DNA of 64,000 nt from an uncultured Arcobacter sp. (GCA_965140705.1 OZ223300.1:1184001-1248000); one strand, 5' to 3'. Numbered from the stretch's first letter, positions 9,656 to 19,694 are shown. A program made the numbers and translations. The notes: generated from the letters alone by a model not told the origin.

Positions 9656-9695
9656 TTTTTTTCCTTAAATATATTATTAGTTGTTTGATTTTGTG

Positions 9696-9812
9696 AGAAA
9701 GACCCTAATAGATAAGTAATATGTTTAATATGTTGAGTTTTTATTATGTATTAAACAATATTGCTTAACAGCACAATTAAAGTAATCAAAGGCAATTGTG
9801 CAGGGTCTACCT
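9696..9812 (-). promoter_or_regulatory. Structured 5' leader RNA (three-way junction) of the ectoine operon
   Basis: P1 9802-9812 / 9696-9706; P2 9794-9801 / 9771-9778; P3 9749-9767 / 9713-9730. Confidence 0.6.
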
Positions 9813-9956
9813 GGCACCTAAAATGAAGTTTTTATCTTGAATTAGTATATTTTGAATTTGTTTTATTGGATGAGGAATAATATACATAATATTTGAGGAA
9901 ATACAAGAATTAAATACTTCTTCTAATTCTAATAATCTATTATTATAAGAAATCAT
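9807..9956 (-). CDS. Putative 49-aa leader peptide MISYNNRLLELEEVFNSCISSNIMYIIPHPIKQIQNILIQDKNFILGAR
   Basis: Strong SD AAGGAAAGGAG 5 nt before ATG; 150-nt open frame in very AT-rich DNA; lies between the promoter and the operon; absent from the supplied ORF track. Confidence 0.65.
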   Translation of the reverse strand: MISYNNRLLELEEVFNSCISSNIMYIIPHPIKQIQNILIQDKNFILGAR

Positions 9957-9988
9957 ATTAACTCCTTTCCTTATTTTATGATGTAAGA

Positions 9989-10017
9989 AGTCTAACCAAA
10001 ATTAAAATCTATGTCAA
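9989..10017 (-). promoter_or_regulatory. Sigma70 promoter of the ectoine operon leader
   Basis: TTGACA (10017-10012), N17, TAGACT (9994-9989), with TG just upstream of the -10. Confidence 0.7.
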
Positions 10018-10244
10018 TTTTAAGTTGTATAAAAAATATACAGTAAAATAGAAGTTTTATTTTGTTAATAAACAACTCAATTGGATTATTGTATTGAGTG
10101 TATTCTTAAATATAAAATAAATTTATTTATTATATAAAAAGATAAAGTTAAATAATATTATTCCAATTTAGTAGGTAAATATAAAAATAAAGTCATATTT
10201 TATATTTAAAAGATATTATATTGACTTATTTTAACATTGGAAAA

Positions 10245-11432
10245 ATGATGATAAAAAATCTTTTTAAATCAAGAGTAGCTCTACTTTATATCTTATCAAT
10301 ATCTATGGTTTTTTCTTTTTCTGCTTGGATGAGTCTACTTAATAATTATGTAGTAGAAGTGGCTTCTTTTGATGGTAGCCAAATAGGTATTTTACAAAGT
10401 TTAAGGGAAATTCCTGGCTTTTTAGCTTTTACAGTTATTTTAGTAATTATGTTTATTGCACAACAAAGGTTAGCTTATATTTCAATGATAGCTTTAGGTT
10501 TAGGAGTATTTTTAACTGGACTTTATCCTAGTGCTTTAGGTTTATATCTAACTACAATTTTGATGTCTACAGGGTTTCATTATTTAGAAACTTTAAATCA
10601 ATCCCTATCTTTACAATGGCTTGATAAGGCAAAAGCTCCAATAATTTTGGGAAAAATTACAGCAGCTAAATCTTTTACTTCACTAATTGTATTTGTTTTG
10701 ATATATATTATGATGAAATTTTATAGTGTAGAGTATAAATATGTTTATGCATTTTTTGGTTTGATTACTTCATCTGTTGCTATAATTGCTTGGATAGGTT
10801 TTGAGCATTTTAAAGATGATGTTGTACAAGAGAAAAAATTGGTTGTAAAAAAAGAGTATTGGCTTTTTTATATCTTAACATTTTTTGCAGGAGCTAGAAG
10901 ACAGATATTTATGGTATTTGCAGGATTTTTGCTTGTAGAGAAATTTGGCTTAGATATTGAAAATATGGTGACTTTACTTTTTGTTAATTCTGTTTTAAAT
11001 ATATATCTTGCTCCAAAAATTGGTAAGTTTATTACAAAAGTAGGGGAAGCAGTTACTTTAAAAGTAGAGTATCTTGGACTAATGTTAGTTTTTACTTCTT
11101 ATGCTTTTGTTGATAATATATATTTTGCATTTTTCTTATATGTTATTGATAATCTATTATTTTCAATGGCAATTGCTTTAAAAACATATTTTCAAAAGAT
11201 TGCAGATCCAAAAGATATAGCAAGTGCAAGTGCTGTTAGTTTTACTATAAATCATATTGCAGCTGTATTTTTACCATTTTTCTTAGGTTTGATTTGGTTA
11301 TATTCTCATTCACTTGTATTTATTATAGGTGCACTTATTGGTTTAGCCTCTTTTATTTTATCTTTTTTAGTGCCACTTCATCCAATGCAAGGGTTTGAAA
11401 CTACTTTAGTAAAAAAAGAGAGTATTGCTTAA
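10245..11432 (+). CDS. MFS transporter
   Basis: About 12 TM helices; LQSLREIPGFLAF and FFAGARRQIF motifs; ATG at 10245 or 10248 preferred to TTG at 10221. Confidence 0.8.
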   Translation: MMIKNLFKSRVALLYILSISMVFSFSAWMSLLNNYVVEVASFDGSQIGILQSLREIPGFLAFTVILVIMFIAQQRLAYISMIALGLGVFLTGLYPSALGLYLTTILMSTGFHYLETLNQSLSLQWLDKAKAPIILGKITAAKSFTSLIVFVLIYIMMKFYSVEYKYVYAFFGLITSSVAIIAWIGFEHFKDDVVQEKKLVVKKEYWLFYILTFFAGARRQIFMVFAGFLLVEKFGLDIENMVTLLFVNSVLNIYLAPKIGKFITKVGEAVTLKVEYLGLMLVFTSYAFVDNIYFAFFLYVIDNLLFSMAIALKTYFQKIADPKDIASASAVSFTINHIAAVFLPFFLGLIWLYSHSLVFIIGALIGLASFILSFLVPLHPMQGFETTLVKKESIA

Positions 11433-12511
11433 GTTACTTTCTTTTTGAAAAACCAAGTTGCAATAATAAGTGTAACAACTCCTAGTGCAATCATGGGTAA
11501 AATCTCCCAGATTGCAATTTCCCAAGAGATATCTTTTAAAAATAGACCCTTTAAAAGTATCAAAAAATATTTTAGTGCAATGAGATTTGTAAAAGGAATA
11601 AGCCATTGGGGCATATTTTCTATGGGTGTTGCAAATCCAGACATCAAAATTGAAGGTACTAAAAGTATAAAAGCTCCTAAGATTCCTTGCTGTTGAGTTG
11701 ATGAAATAGAAGAGATAAATAAACCAAAGCCAACAACAGAAAAGACAAATGCACATATTGAGACAATTAAAATACTAAGTGAACCAATAAAAGGAACACC
11801 AAAAAATGTAATAGCACTTAAGAAAATAATACTAGCTTCTAAGATACTAATAATCATAGGAGGAATAGTCTTTCCAATGATTAAAATAGTAGGACTAAGT
11901 GGTGCTACTGAGATTTGTTCAAAGGTTCCAAGTTCCCTCTCCCTTGCAACTGATAAGGAAGTTAGAATCAGAGCAATAAGTATAGTTAAACTTCCAACTA
12001 AATTTGGAAGTATCCACCAAAAATTCTCTAAATTTGGATTATACCAATTTCGAACTACTAAGGTATCTTTATTTTTTGAAAAGAAGTTATTAATACTAAG
12101 TTGAATATATCCAACTGCAATTTGAGCACTTGTTGATTTTCTTCCATCTGCAATAATTCCTATATTTGCAGTTTTGCCTTTTTGCATATTTTTTGAAAAA
12201 TCTTGGGGTATCTCAATACCAGCTAGGATTTCTTGAGAATCTATTTTTTCTTTTAAGTCATCATAACTTTTCAAATAAAGTACTTGTGTAAAACGGTCAC
12301 TATATTTCAAAGTACGAATAAGTTCTTTACTTTGACTTGAATTATTTCTATCTAAAATACCAATACTGATATTTTTAACTTCCATTGTTATTGCAAAGGA
12401 GAATAATACAAGCATAATAATTGGTGGTATAATAATTACAATACGAGAACGCTTATCACTCCAAATGGCTAAAAATTCTTTTCTTATAAGAGATATTAAT
12501 TGATGTATCAT
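11429..12511 (-). CDS. ABC-2 exporter permease, YbhR-like
   Basis: RNWYNPNL, SVARERELGTFEQ, MSGFATPIENMP; ATG at 12511 overlaps the upstream TGA. Confidence 0.85.
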   Translation of the reverse strand: MIHQLISLIRKEFLAIWSDKRSRIVIIIPPIIMLVLFSFAITMEVKNISIGILDRNNSSQSKELIRTLKYSDRFTQVLYLKSYDDLKEKIDSQEILAGIEIPQDFSKNMQKGKTANIGIIADGRKSTSAQIAVGYIQLSINNFFSKNKDTLVVRNWYNPNLENFWWILPNLVGSLTILIALILTSLSVARERELGTFEQISVAPLSPTILIIGKTIPPMIISILEASIIFLSAITFFGVPFIGSLSILIVSICAFVFSVVGFGLFISSISSTQQQGILGAFILLVPSILMSGFATPIENMPQWLIPFTNLIALKYFLILLKGLFLKDISWEIAIWEILPMIALGVVTLIIATWFFKKKVT

Positions 12512-13620
12512 GAACTTAACTTCTTTTTTGTAATAATAAAAATAATTCCAAATAAAAACAGACCAATACCTAACATCCAAAGGGTATTTGGAATAATGAT
12601 TTCATAAATATTTCCTGCTAAAAAGAGTGTTTGTAAAATATTTATAAAATATCTTGCTGGTATAATATGGGTTAAAAACTGTAACCAAGATGGCATACTG
12701 CTTATTTGAAAAATAAATCCTGATAAAATCATAGCAGGTAAAAAGCCTATGATTAAAGCCATTTGTGCTGCTACAAACTGATTCTTTGCTAAAGTTGAGA
12801 TAAGCAAACCAATACTAAGAGCTGAAAATAAATAGACGCTAGAAGTTAAAAGTAAAAGTAAATATGAACCTCTAAATGGAATCTCAAACCAAAACAAGGT
12901 TATTAGAACACAAATTAGAAGTGAGAAAAGACCTAAAACAAAGTATGGTAAAAGTTTTCCTAAAAGCAACTCTAAAATCTTAATTGGAGTTGACATAATA
13001 GCTTCCATTGTACCTCTTTCCCACTCTCTTGCTACTACTAATGCAGTTAAAAGAGTACCAATAAGTGTCAAAGTTATAGCAATGGAACCAGGAAGTAAAA
13101 AATAACTGCTTAACAAAGGTGCATTAAACCAATATCTTGCTTGAATATTGATGTTTGCTTTTGTTGAGAGTTTTTCAAATTTAAGCCAATTTTGCCACAA
13201 AGCAAAACTATATTTGATAACAAAATTTGCAATACTAGGTTCACTTCCATCTGTGATAATTTGTATTTTTGGTTTGCCTTTTAAAATATCTTTATCAAAA
13301 TTTGCAGGAACCACAATCATGGCTCTTAGTTTTCCTTCTTGTAGTTGTTTTACAAAGGCTCTTCTATCTTTTGCTATTTGTATATCAAAACTTTCACTTG
13401 TTTGAAATGCCTTTATCAAACTAGAAGTGTGGGCAGAGTTTTTTTCAATTACAACTCCTACAGGAATATGTTTTGAGTCTAGGGAAATAGCATAACCCAT
13501 CAAAAAAAGAAGCATAAGAGGTAGAATAAAAGCTATAATTAAGGCACTTGGATCTCTAATTATTTGTAGACTCTCTTTGATAAAAAGTGCTAATAATCGC
13601 TGCTTATTTATTATCATCAT
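12508..13620 (-). CDS. ABC-2 exporter permease, YbhS-like
   Basis: KESLQIIRDP, LVVAREWERGTME, LSGFIFQISSMP. Confidence 0.85.
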   Translation of the reverse strand: MMIINKQRLLALFIKESLQIIRDPSALIIAFILPLMLLFLMGYAISLDSKHIPVGVVIEKNSAHTSSLIKAFQTSESFDIQIAKDRRAFVKQLQEGKLRAMIVVPANFDKDILKGKPKIQIITDGSEPSIANFVIKYSFALWQNWLKFEKLSTKANINIQARYWFNAPLLSSYFLLPGSIAITLTLIGTLLTALVVAREWERGTMEAIMSTPIKILELLLGKLLPYFVLGLFSLLICVLITLFWFEIPFRGSYLLLLLTSSVYLFSALSIGLLISTLAKNQFVAAQMALIIGFLPAMILSGFIFQISSMPSWLQFLTHIIPARYFINILQTLFLAGNIYEIIIPNTLWMLGIGLFLFGIIFIITKKKLSS

Positions 13621-15304
13621 TTTCTCTTTTAATAAGTTCTATAAAGGTATCTTCCATAGTAGCATTAGAACCTACTTGGCTAATAAGATTATGTGGAGTA
13701 TCCAAAGCTATTGCTCTACCTTTATAAATCAAAGCTATTCTGTCACAATACTCAGCCTCATCCATAAAGTGGGTTGTTACCATGATAGTCATACCCTTTT
13801 GTACCATTGCATAGATATGATTCCAAAACTCTCGTCTAGTAAGTGGATCAATTCCAGAAGTAGGTTCATCTAAGAAAAGTACTACTGGGTCATGCATAAC
13901 AGCACAAGCAAGAGAAAGTCTCTGTTTATATCCCAAGGGTAAAGTTTTTGAAGCTGTTTTTTTATATTTTTCTAATTCAAAAATTTTAATCATACTTTCT
14001 ATTTTTTCTTTTTTTTCTTTTCCCCTCAAGCCATAAACACCTGCAAAAAACTTTAGATTTTCATAAACGGAAATATCCCCATAAAGTGAAAACTTTTGAG
14101 ACATATATCCAATTTTGCTACGGGCTTTATGTGAAGAGGTTTCTAAACTTATTCCTAGAACATGTGCTTGTCCACTTGTAGGTTTTACTAAGCCACATAA
14201 CATTTTAAATGTAGTTGATTTTCCTGCACCATTTGGCCCTAAAAAACCAAATATTTCACCTCTTTTTATTTTAAAGCTTACATCATCTGTAGCTTTAAAA
14301 CTTCCAAAAGTTTTACTAAGGTGGGAAGCTTCAATTAAGTTACCATCATTTTCTTCAAATTCACCCATTTGTTTTGCTAATAATGATTCTCCATTAAAGT
14401 TACCATTTAAAATATGAATAAAACCATCTTCAAAATTTGCTTTCATACTTTCATAACTACAATTTTCAGCTTCTATTTTTTCAAGGGGTGGTAAATCATC
14501 TTTGCTTTCACAAATCAGTTTAATACTATTTCCTAATATCACGCCATCTTTTATTTGATCATATTTAAGTGCTAACCTTAGTGTTTGTCTTTTATCTTTT
14601 ATATCTCCTACTATTTTAAAAACTTTATCTTCCATGGTTTTACTTAACTCTTTTGGAATTCCTTCAAATAAAATAGAACCATCATTTAAAAGTATTACTT
14701 CATCACAAAGTTCTGCTTCATCTAAATAAGCAGTGCTCCAAACAACTCCCACATCATCTTCAACCAACTTATTTACAATTGCCCATAATTCTTTTCTAGA
14801 AATGGGGTCAACTCCCACACCTGGTTCATCTAAAAGTAAAAGTTCTGGTTTTTTTATTAAAGCACAAGCCAAACCAAGTTTTTGTTTCATCCCACCAGAT
14901 AAATTTTTAGCAAGAAATGATTCAAACTTTTTTAAATTGATAAATTCCAATAATTCATTGATTCTTTTTTTTTGTTTATTTTTTGGAATAGATTGTAAGT
15001 TTGCATATAAAGTAAGATTTTCTAAAACACTTAAATCTTCATACAAGCCAAATTTTTGAGGCATATATCCGATTTTGCTTTGTATTTTACTAGCATCTTT
15101 AGGTAAAGAATAATCTAAAACTTCTAATTCTCCACTGTCTGCATCAAGAAGTCCAGTCATAAGTCTAATAAGAGTAGTTTTTCCTGCTCCATCAGGACCT
15201 ACTAGTCCTGTTATTTTTCCTTTTTTTATATTTATGTCTAATTTAGAAATAGCAGGGATATTGTTAAATGTTTTTGTAATTTGTTTTGCAACAACAAGTG
15301 ACAT
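13604..15304 (-). CDS. Double-domain ABC ATPase, YbhF-like
   Basis: Two Walker A motifs (GPDGAGKT, GPNGAGKS); LSGGMKQ; DEPGVGVDP and DEPTSGIDP. Confidence 0.9.
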   Translation of the reverse strand: MSLVVAKQITKTFNNIPAISKLDINIKKGKITGLVGPDGAGKTTLIRLMTGLLDADSGELEVLDYSLPKDASKIQSKIGYMPQKFGLYEDLSVLENLTLYANLQSIPKNKQKKRINELLEFINLKKFESFLAKNLSGGMKQKLGLACALIKKPELLLLDEPGVGVDPISRKELWAIVNKLVEDDVGVVWSTAYLDEAELCDEVILLNDGSILFEGIPKELSKTMEDKVFKIVGDIKDKRQTLRLALKYDQIKDGVILGNSIKLICESKDDLPPLEKIEAENCSYESMKANFEDGFIHILNGNFNGESLLAKQMGEFEENDGNLIEASHLSKTFGSFKATDDVSFKIKRGEIFGFLGPNGAGKSTTFKMLCGLVKPTSGQAHVLGISLETSSHKARSKIGYMSQKFSLYGDISVYENLKFFAGVYGLRGKEKKEKIESMIKIFELEKYKKTASKTLPLGYKQRLSLACAVMHDPVVLFLDEPTSGIDPLTRREFWNHIYAMVQKGMTIMVTTHFMDEAEYCDRIALIYKGRAIALDTPHNLISQVGSNATMEDTFIELIKRENDDNK

Positions 15305-15306
15305 TT

Positions 15307-16287
15307 TTATCTGTCTTTACTTAGATTATCAAACTCTATGGTTACAGGCATTCCTTGTTGAATAAAGTTATCATGCTCTTGCAATATTAGTCGAACACGA
15401 TATACAAGTTGTGTTCTTAACTCTTCAGTTTGTACACTTTTAGGTGTAAATTCTGCTTGTGGTGAAATGAAACTTACAATTGCATTATACGGTTTGTTTG
15501 GTCTTGAATCAGTATAAACTTTTGCTTTCATAGTAGGTTTGATTATTCCCAAATATTTTTCAGAAATATAACTTCTTACCCAATATTGATTTTGTAAAGC
15601 CATTTCAATAATTGGAGAACCTTGTGGTACTATCGCTCCCACTTCGTATGCTCTTGTTAATATTGTACCATCATTTGGAGCAAATAATTGTGTATCATGT
15701 AGATGAATTTGTGCTTCTTTTTCTTGCTCTTGTAAATATTTTAATTTGGCATGGGCAGATTCTATATCTTCTTTTTGGTAGCCATCTTGTAGTTGTTTGT
15801 AGTTGTTTTTATCATAATTGTATTGTGCTTTTGCACTATTATATGAAAGTAAGATATCATCATGTTTTTCTTTAGATATTGAGTTTGTTTTAAGAAGTTT
15901 GTTATATCGTTTTAAATCTATTTCTGCTTTATTTAAAACAGCAGAACTTTTAGCTAATAAAGCTTTGGCTTTTGCTATATCTTCTTTTCTATACCCTTTT
16001 TCAAGTTTTTCTACTTGGACTTTTTGCATAGTAACTTGAGCTTTTATCTCATCAAGTGATTGTTGAAATAAATCTTTATCAACAGAGGCTAATAAGTCAC
16101 CTTTTTTGACTTTTTGTCCTTCATCAAAATAGATTTTTGAAATCTTTCCCGGAACTCTTAAGCCCAATGAAACAGTTCTTAAATCAACATTTCCATAAAA
16201 TTTTGTGACTTTATCTTTTTCGTCTAAACAAGCTGTAAAAAATAGCGGTATAAGTAGTGTAAGTAAATAAATAGTGACTTTTGACAT
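15307..16287 (-). CDS. HlyD-family periplasmic adaptor, YbhG-like
   Basis: FYGNVD, lipoyl half-motifs, ISPQAEFTPKSVQT; possible lipobox FTAC. Confidence 0.85.
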   Translation of the reverse strand: MSKVTIYLLTLLIPLFFTACLDEKDKVTKFYGNVDLRTVSLGLRVPGKISKIYFDEGQKVKKGDLLASVDKDLFQQSLDEIKAQVTMQKVQVEKLEKGYRKEDIAKAKALLAKSSAVLNKAEIDLKRYNKLLKTNSISKEKHDDILLSYNSAKAQYNYDKNNYKQLQDGYQKEDIESAHAKLKYLQEQEKEAQIHLHDTQLFAPNDGTILTRAYEVGAIVPQGSPIIEMALQNQYWVRSYISEKYLGIIKPTMKAKVYTDSRPNKPYNAIVSFISPQAEFTPKSVQTEELRTQLVYRVRLILQEHDNFIQQGMPVTIEFDNLSKDR

Positions 16288-16336
16288 AAATGCTCCTAAA
16301 TAAGCTATATTATAGCTAATAATAGATTATTCTAAA

Positions 16337-16371
16337 ATGTAAAAGCCCTAATTAATAAAGGACTTTTACAT
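16337..16371 (-). terminator. Terminator after ftn
   Basis: ATGTAAAAG...CTTTTACAT inverted repeat with U tail on the minus strand. Confidence 0.55.
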
Positions 16372-16378
16372 AGTTTAC

Positions 16379-16888
16379 TTAAGCATTTGTTGGGTCAACA
16401 AAAGTTCTTGAACCTAATTCTTGGTCAATGGCATAAAGTCCATAGCCATCATCTCCTACAAGTTTGATTTTATCAATAATTGTATTTAGTGTAGCTTCTT
16501 CTTCAACTTGTTCTGTTACATACCATTGAAGCATATTATAAGTTGCATGGTCTTTGTTTTTCATAGTTAAATCACTTAGTTCATTTAAGTTTGCACTCAT
16601 TTTCATCTCATGAGCTAATGCTTTTTTAAAGGTATCTAAAATTGATTTAAAATCGACATTTGCTTCTTCAATTTTAGGTAAAGTAACATGTACTTCTTGA
16701 TTTTCAAGATATTTAAATAATTTCATTGCATGTGCAACTTCTTCTTGGTATTGCACTAAAAACCAACTTGATGAACCATTTAATCCAACCTTTGAAGCAT
16801 AAGCTGACATCCCTAAATAAATATATGATGATTGGAACTCTTTGTTTAATTGTAACACTAAGGCATCTGAAATTTCTTTTTTTAACAT
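16379..16888 (-). CDS. ftnA: Non-heme ferritin
   Basis: QLNKEFQSSYIY, QEEVAHAMK, HE, LQWYVTEQVEEE ferroxidase residues. Confidence 0.92.
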   Translation of the reverse strand: MLKKEISDALVLQLNKEFQSSYIYLGMSAYASKVGLNGSSSWFLVQYQEEVAHAMKLFKYLENQEVHVTLPKIEEANVDFKSILDTFKKALAHEMKMSANLNELSDLTMKNKDHATYNMLQWYVTEQVEEEATLNTIIDKIKLVGDDGYGLYAIDQELGSRTFVDPTNA

Positions 16889-17109
16889 AATATCTCCTTA
16901 ATTTAAATTTACCTTCATTATGCGAGAAATATTCTTTATTTTAGTTGATAAGCTTTGATAATAAGATTTCAACAACTTAATTTTTAATCTCTTTTATTAT
17001 AAAGAATTAAATTAATGCACAAATTAATAAATAAAAGTTGTTTTATATTTAAAAGTAAAATAACATAACTTTAGATAAAATCACGAAAACTTAAAATAGG
17101 AAATTTTTT

Positions 17110-18030
17110 ATGGCAATTTATACATGTGGACACACAACTCCTGACTCAGATTCTATTTGTTCAGCGATTTCATTAGGATATTTATTAAATAAAATTGGAA
17201 GAGAAGCTATTCCTGCACGACAAGGACCTGTTTCTCCTGAAACTCAATTTATTCTAGACAGATTTGGATTTGAAGCACCAGAACTCAAAACTGAGTTTGC
17301 AGGTTGTGAACTTTTTATTACCGATTATTCTGATAGAGGACAAGCTCCAGCTGATTTGGATAAGGCAACAGTTGTTGGTATAGTTGATCATCATAAATTA
17401 GGTGATATTACTACTTCAGCTCCTTTAGAGTGTTGGATTAGACCTGTTGGATGTACAAATACAATCGTAAAAGAGATGTATGACTTTCATAAAGTAGAAA
17501 TACCAAAAAACATTGCAGGAATCATGATGTGTGCAATTTTATCTGATACTGTTATTTTCAAATCACCAACTTGTACAGAAACAGATATAAAAGCAGTAAG
17601 AGAATTGGCAGAAATTGCTGGTGTTGATGATTTTGGAGCTTTAGGAATGGAGATGTTCAAAGTTAAATCAGCAGTTGAGGGTGTACCTGTAAGAGATTTG
17701 ATATTAAGAGATTATAAACCTTTTGATATGCATGGAACAAATGTTGGTATAGGACAACTTGAAGTTATTGATTTAGCTATCTTTGATGGTGTAAAAGAAG
17801 AACTAGAAGCTGACTTAGATAAGTTAAGAGTTGAAAATGGCTTACATACAGCTTGTTTATTATTAACTGATATTATGAAAGAGGGTTCTGAAGTTTTAGT
17901 ATCTTCAGAAGATCCTTCGATTTTTGAAAAAGCATTTGATGTAAAACTTGAAAATGGAAAAGTATGGCTTGATGGTTGCCTATCAAGAAAAAAACAAATT
18001 ATCCCTTTCTTAGAACCTGCATTCGCTTAA
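17110..18030 (+). CDS. ppaC: Mn-dependent inorganic pyrophosphatase (family II)
   Basis: GHTTPDSDS, VDHH, PVGCT, ILSDT, SRKKQ. Confidence 0.95.
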   Translation: MAIYTCGHTTPDSDSICSAISLGYLLNKIGREAIPARQGPVSPETQFILDRFGFEAPELKTEFAGCELFITDYSDRGQAPADLDKATVVGIVDHHKLGDITTSAPLECWIRPVGCTNTIVKEMYDFHKVEIPKNIAGIMMCAILSDTVIFKSPTCTETDIKAVRELAEIAGVDDFGALGMEMFKVKSAVEGVPVRDLILRDYKPFDMHGTNVGIGQLEVIDLAIFDGVKEELEADLDKLRVENGLHTACLLLTDIMKEGSEVLVSSEDPSIFEKAFDVKLENGKVWLDGCLSRKKQIIPFLEPAFA

Positions 18031-18033
18031 TAT

Positions 18034-18059
18034 AAGAGATAGCTTTATGCTATCTTTTT
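18034..18059 (+). terminator. Intrinsic terminator after ppaC
   Basis: AAGAGATAGC / GCTATCTTTT stem plus U tract. Confidence 0.65.
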
Positions 18060-18087
18060 CTAGACTATATTTTTATTAGGATTCCCA

Positions 18088-18855
18088 ATGGAACTTTTTG
18101 CAGATATTACTCTTTATTGGGTAATAGGTTTTGTTATTGCTGGTTTTTTAGCAGGTTACATAGACTCAATAGCTGGTGGTGGTGGAATGGTACAAGTTCC
18201 TGTATTACTTCTAAGTGGTTTATCTCCTATTCATGTTTTAGCTTCAAATAAAATGGCTGGCTTAGTTGGTGTTTTAATGGCAACAATTAAATATGCACTT
18301 AGTAAAAAGATATCTTGGAAAGTTGTAAGTATTGCAATTATCCCTTGTCTTCTTGCTTCTTATATTGGAAGTAGATTAATAATGTTTGTATCTGATGAGA
18401 TAATTACTTGGGCTATTATTTTAGCTATTCCTGTTGCTATGGTTTTTTTATTTAAAAAAAGTAAAAAAATAGTAGAAGAGAAAACAAAACTAAATAATAA
18501 AAATATTATTCTTGCAACTGCTCCAATTGGATTTTATGATGGTTTATTAGGTCCTGGAACAGGAACTTATATGACTATTTCTATGAAAAAGTTTTTACAT
18601 CTTGATTATTTGGTTTCAACAGCATCAACTAAGCCTTTAAATTTTGCTACAAATGTAGGTTCTGCCATTGCCTTTGTTTTTGCAGGAAAAGTATTATGGG
18701 GAGTTGCTATTATTTTGGGATTAGCAAATATAGCTGGCTCATATGTTGGAAGTCATTATGCTATCAAAGGTGGGGAAGAGTTTATTAAAAAAGTTTTGAT
18801 TTTTGTACTTGTTTTTATGTTAGTTGGAAATATTATAAAAATTGTTGTGAGTTAA
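18088..18855 (+). CDS. TSUP (TauE/SafE, YfcA-like) membrane transporter
   Basis: AGYIDSIAGGGG, GFYDGLLGPGTG, NFATN. Confidence 0.88.
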   Translation: MELFADITLYWVIGFVIAGFLAGYIDSIAGGGGMVQVPVLLLSGLSPIHVLASNKMAGLVGVLMATIKYALSKKISWKVVSIAIIPCLLASYIGSRLIMFVSDEIITWAIILAIPVAMVFLFKKSKKIVEEKTKLNNKNIILATAPIGFYDGLLGPGTGTYMTISMKKFLHLDYLVSTASTKPLNFATNVGSAIAFVFAGKVLWGVAIILGLANIAGSYVGSHYAIKGGEEFIKKVLIFVLVFMLVGNIIKIVVS

Positions 18856-19628
18856 TGAAAACAAAAGTTTTCAAAAATAAAAACTTAGATTTTTTAGAAT
18901 TAAGATATATTGAAAATATCACTCAATGTGAAAAAATGCATTTGCATGAAGAACTTACAATTACAGCATTTAAAGAGGGCTCATTAAATATAAGTTTTAA
19001 TGACTCTTCTAAAATATTAAACCCCAATGAAATAGCAATAATCAACTCAAATATAATTCACAATGCAACACTAAATAGTAAAAGTGTCAAAAATGGATAT
19101 GTATTATATATGGCTAAAAACTATTTAGAAAGTTTGAACTTAGGCATATCCTTAGATTATGTTTTTTTACAAGATAATAAAAATAGTTTTATAAGTCTAT
19201 GTGAAGTATTATTGGCTGAGGATATCTCTTTATTAGAAAAAGAAGAGCTATTTATTGAGTTTTGTTTAAGTACTTTTTCTTTAAAAGAAGAGATTAAACA
19301 AGTAGAAAAAAACTCTTTATCTATAAAAATAAAAAACTATCTAGATGAAAACTTTTTAGAAGATATTATTTTAGAAGATATCTCAAAAGAGTTTAATATA
19401 ACTGTTGTACATCTAATAAGAGTTTTTAAAAAAGAGTTTGGTTTAGCTATTCATTCATATATAATCAATAAAAAAGTTCATAGGGCAAAAGAACTTTTAA
19501 ACTCAAAGCTACCAATTATAGAAGTAGCCTTACAAAGCGGGTTTTTTGATCAAAGCCATTTAAATAGAAGTTTTAAACGAGTATTTCAACTAACCCCTAA
19601 AGAGTTTCAAAAAAATATACTTTCATAA
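18855..19628 (+). CDS. AraC-family transcriptional regulator
   Basis: Cupin motif HLHEE; C-terminal VALQSGFFDQSHLNRSFKRVFQLTPKEF. Confidence 0.9.
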   Translation: MKTKVFKNKNLDFLELRYIENITQCEKMHLHEELTITAFKEGSLNISFNDSSKILNPNEIAIINSNIIHNATLNSKSVKNGYVLYMAKNYLESLNLGISLDYVFLQDNKNSFISLCEVLLAEDISLLEKEELFIEFCLSTFSLKEEIKQVEKNSLSIKIKNYLDENFLEDIILEDISKEFNITVVHLIRVFKKEFGLAIHSYIINKKVHRAKELLNSKLPIIEVALQSGFFDQSHLNRSFKRVFQLTPKEFQKNILS

Positions 19629-19694
19629 ATGTTAATTTTGTACAAGATTTAAATTTTTTTATTTTATATACTTCTTTAAATAAAAGGAGAAACT

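Noticed and set aside
9786..9809. UAG read-through or recoding of the leader ORF into the downstream structure
   Set aside because: The frame closes again after six codons (TLHNCL-UGA) and does not join ectB
16944..16972. Fur-box-like TGATAAG...TGATAATAAGATTTCA upstream of ftnA
   Set aside because: Plausible, but the match is too loose to call in such AT-rich DNA
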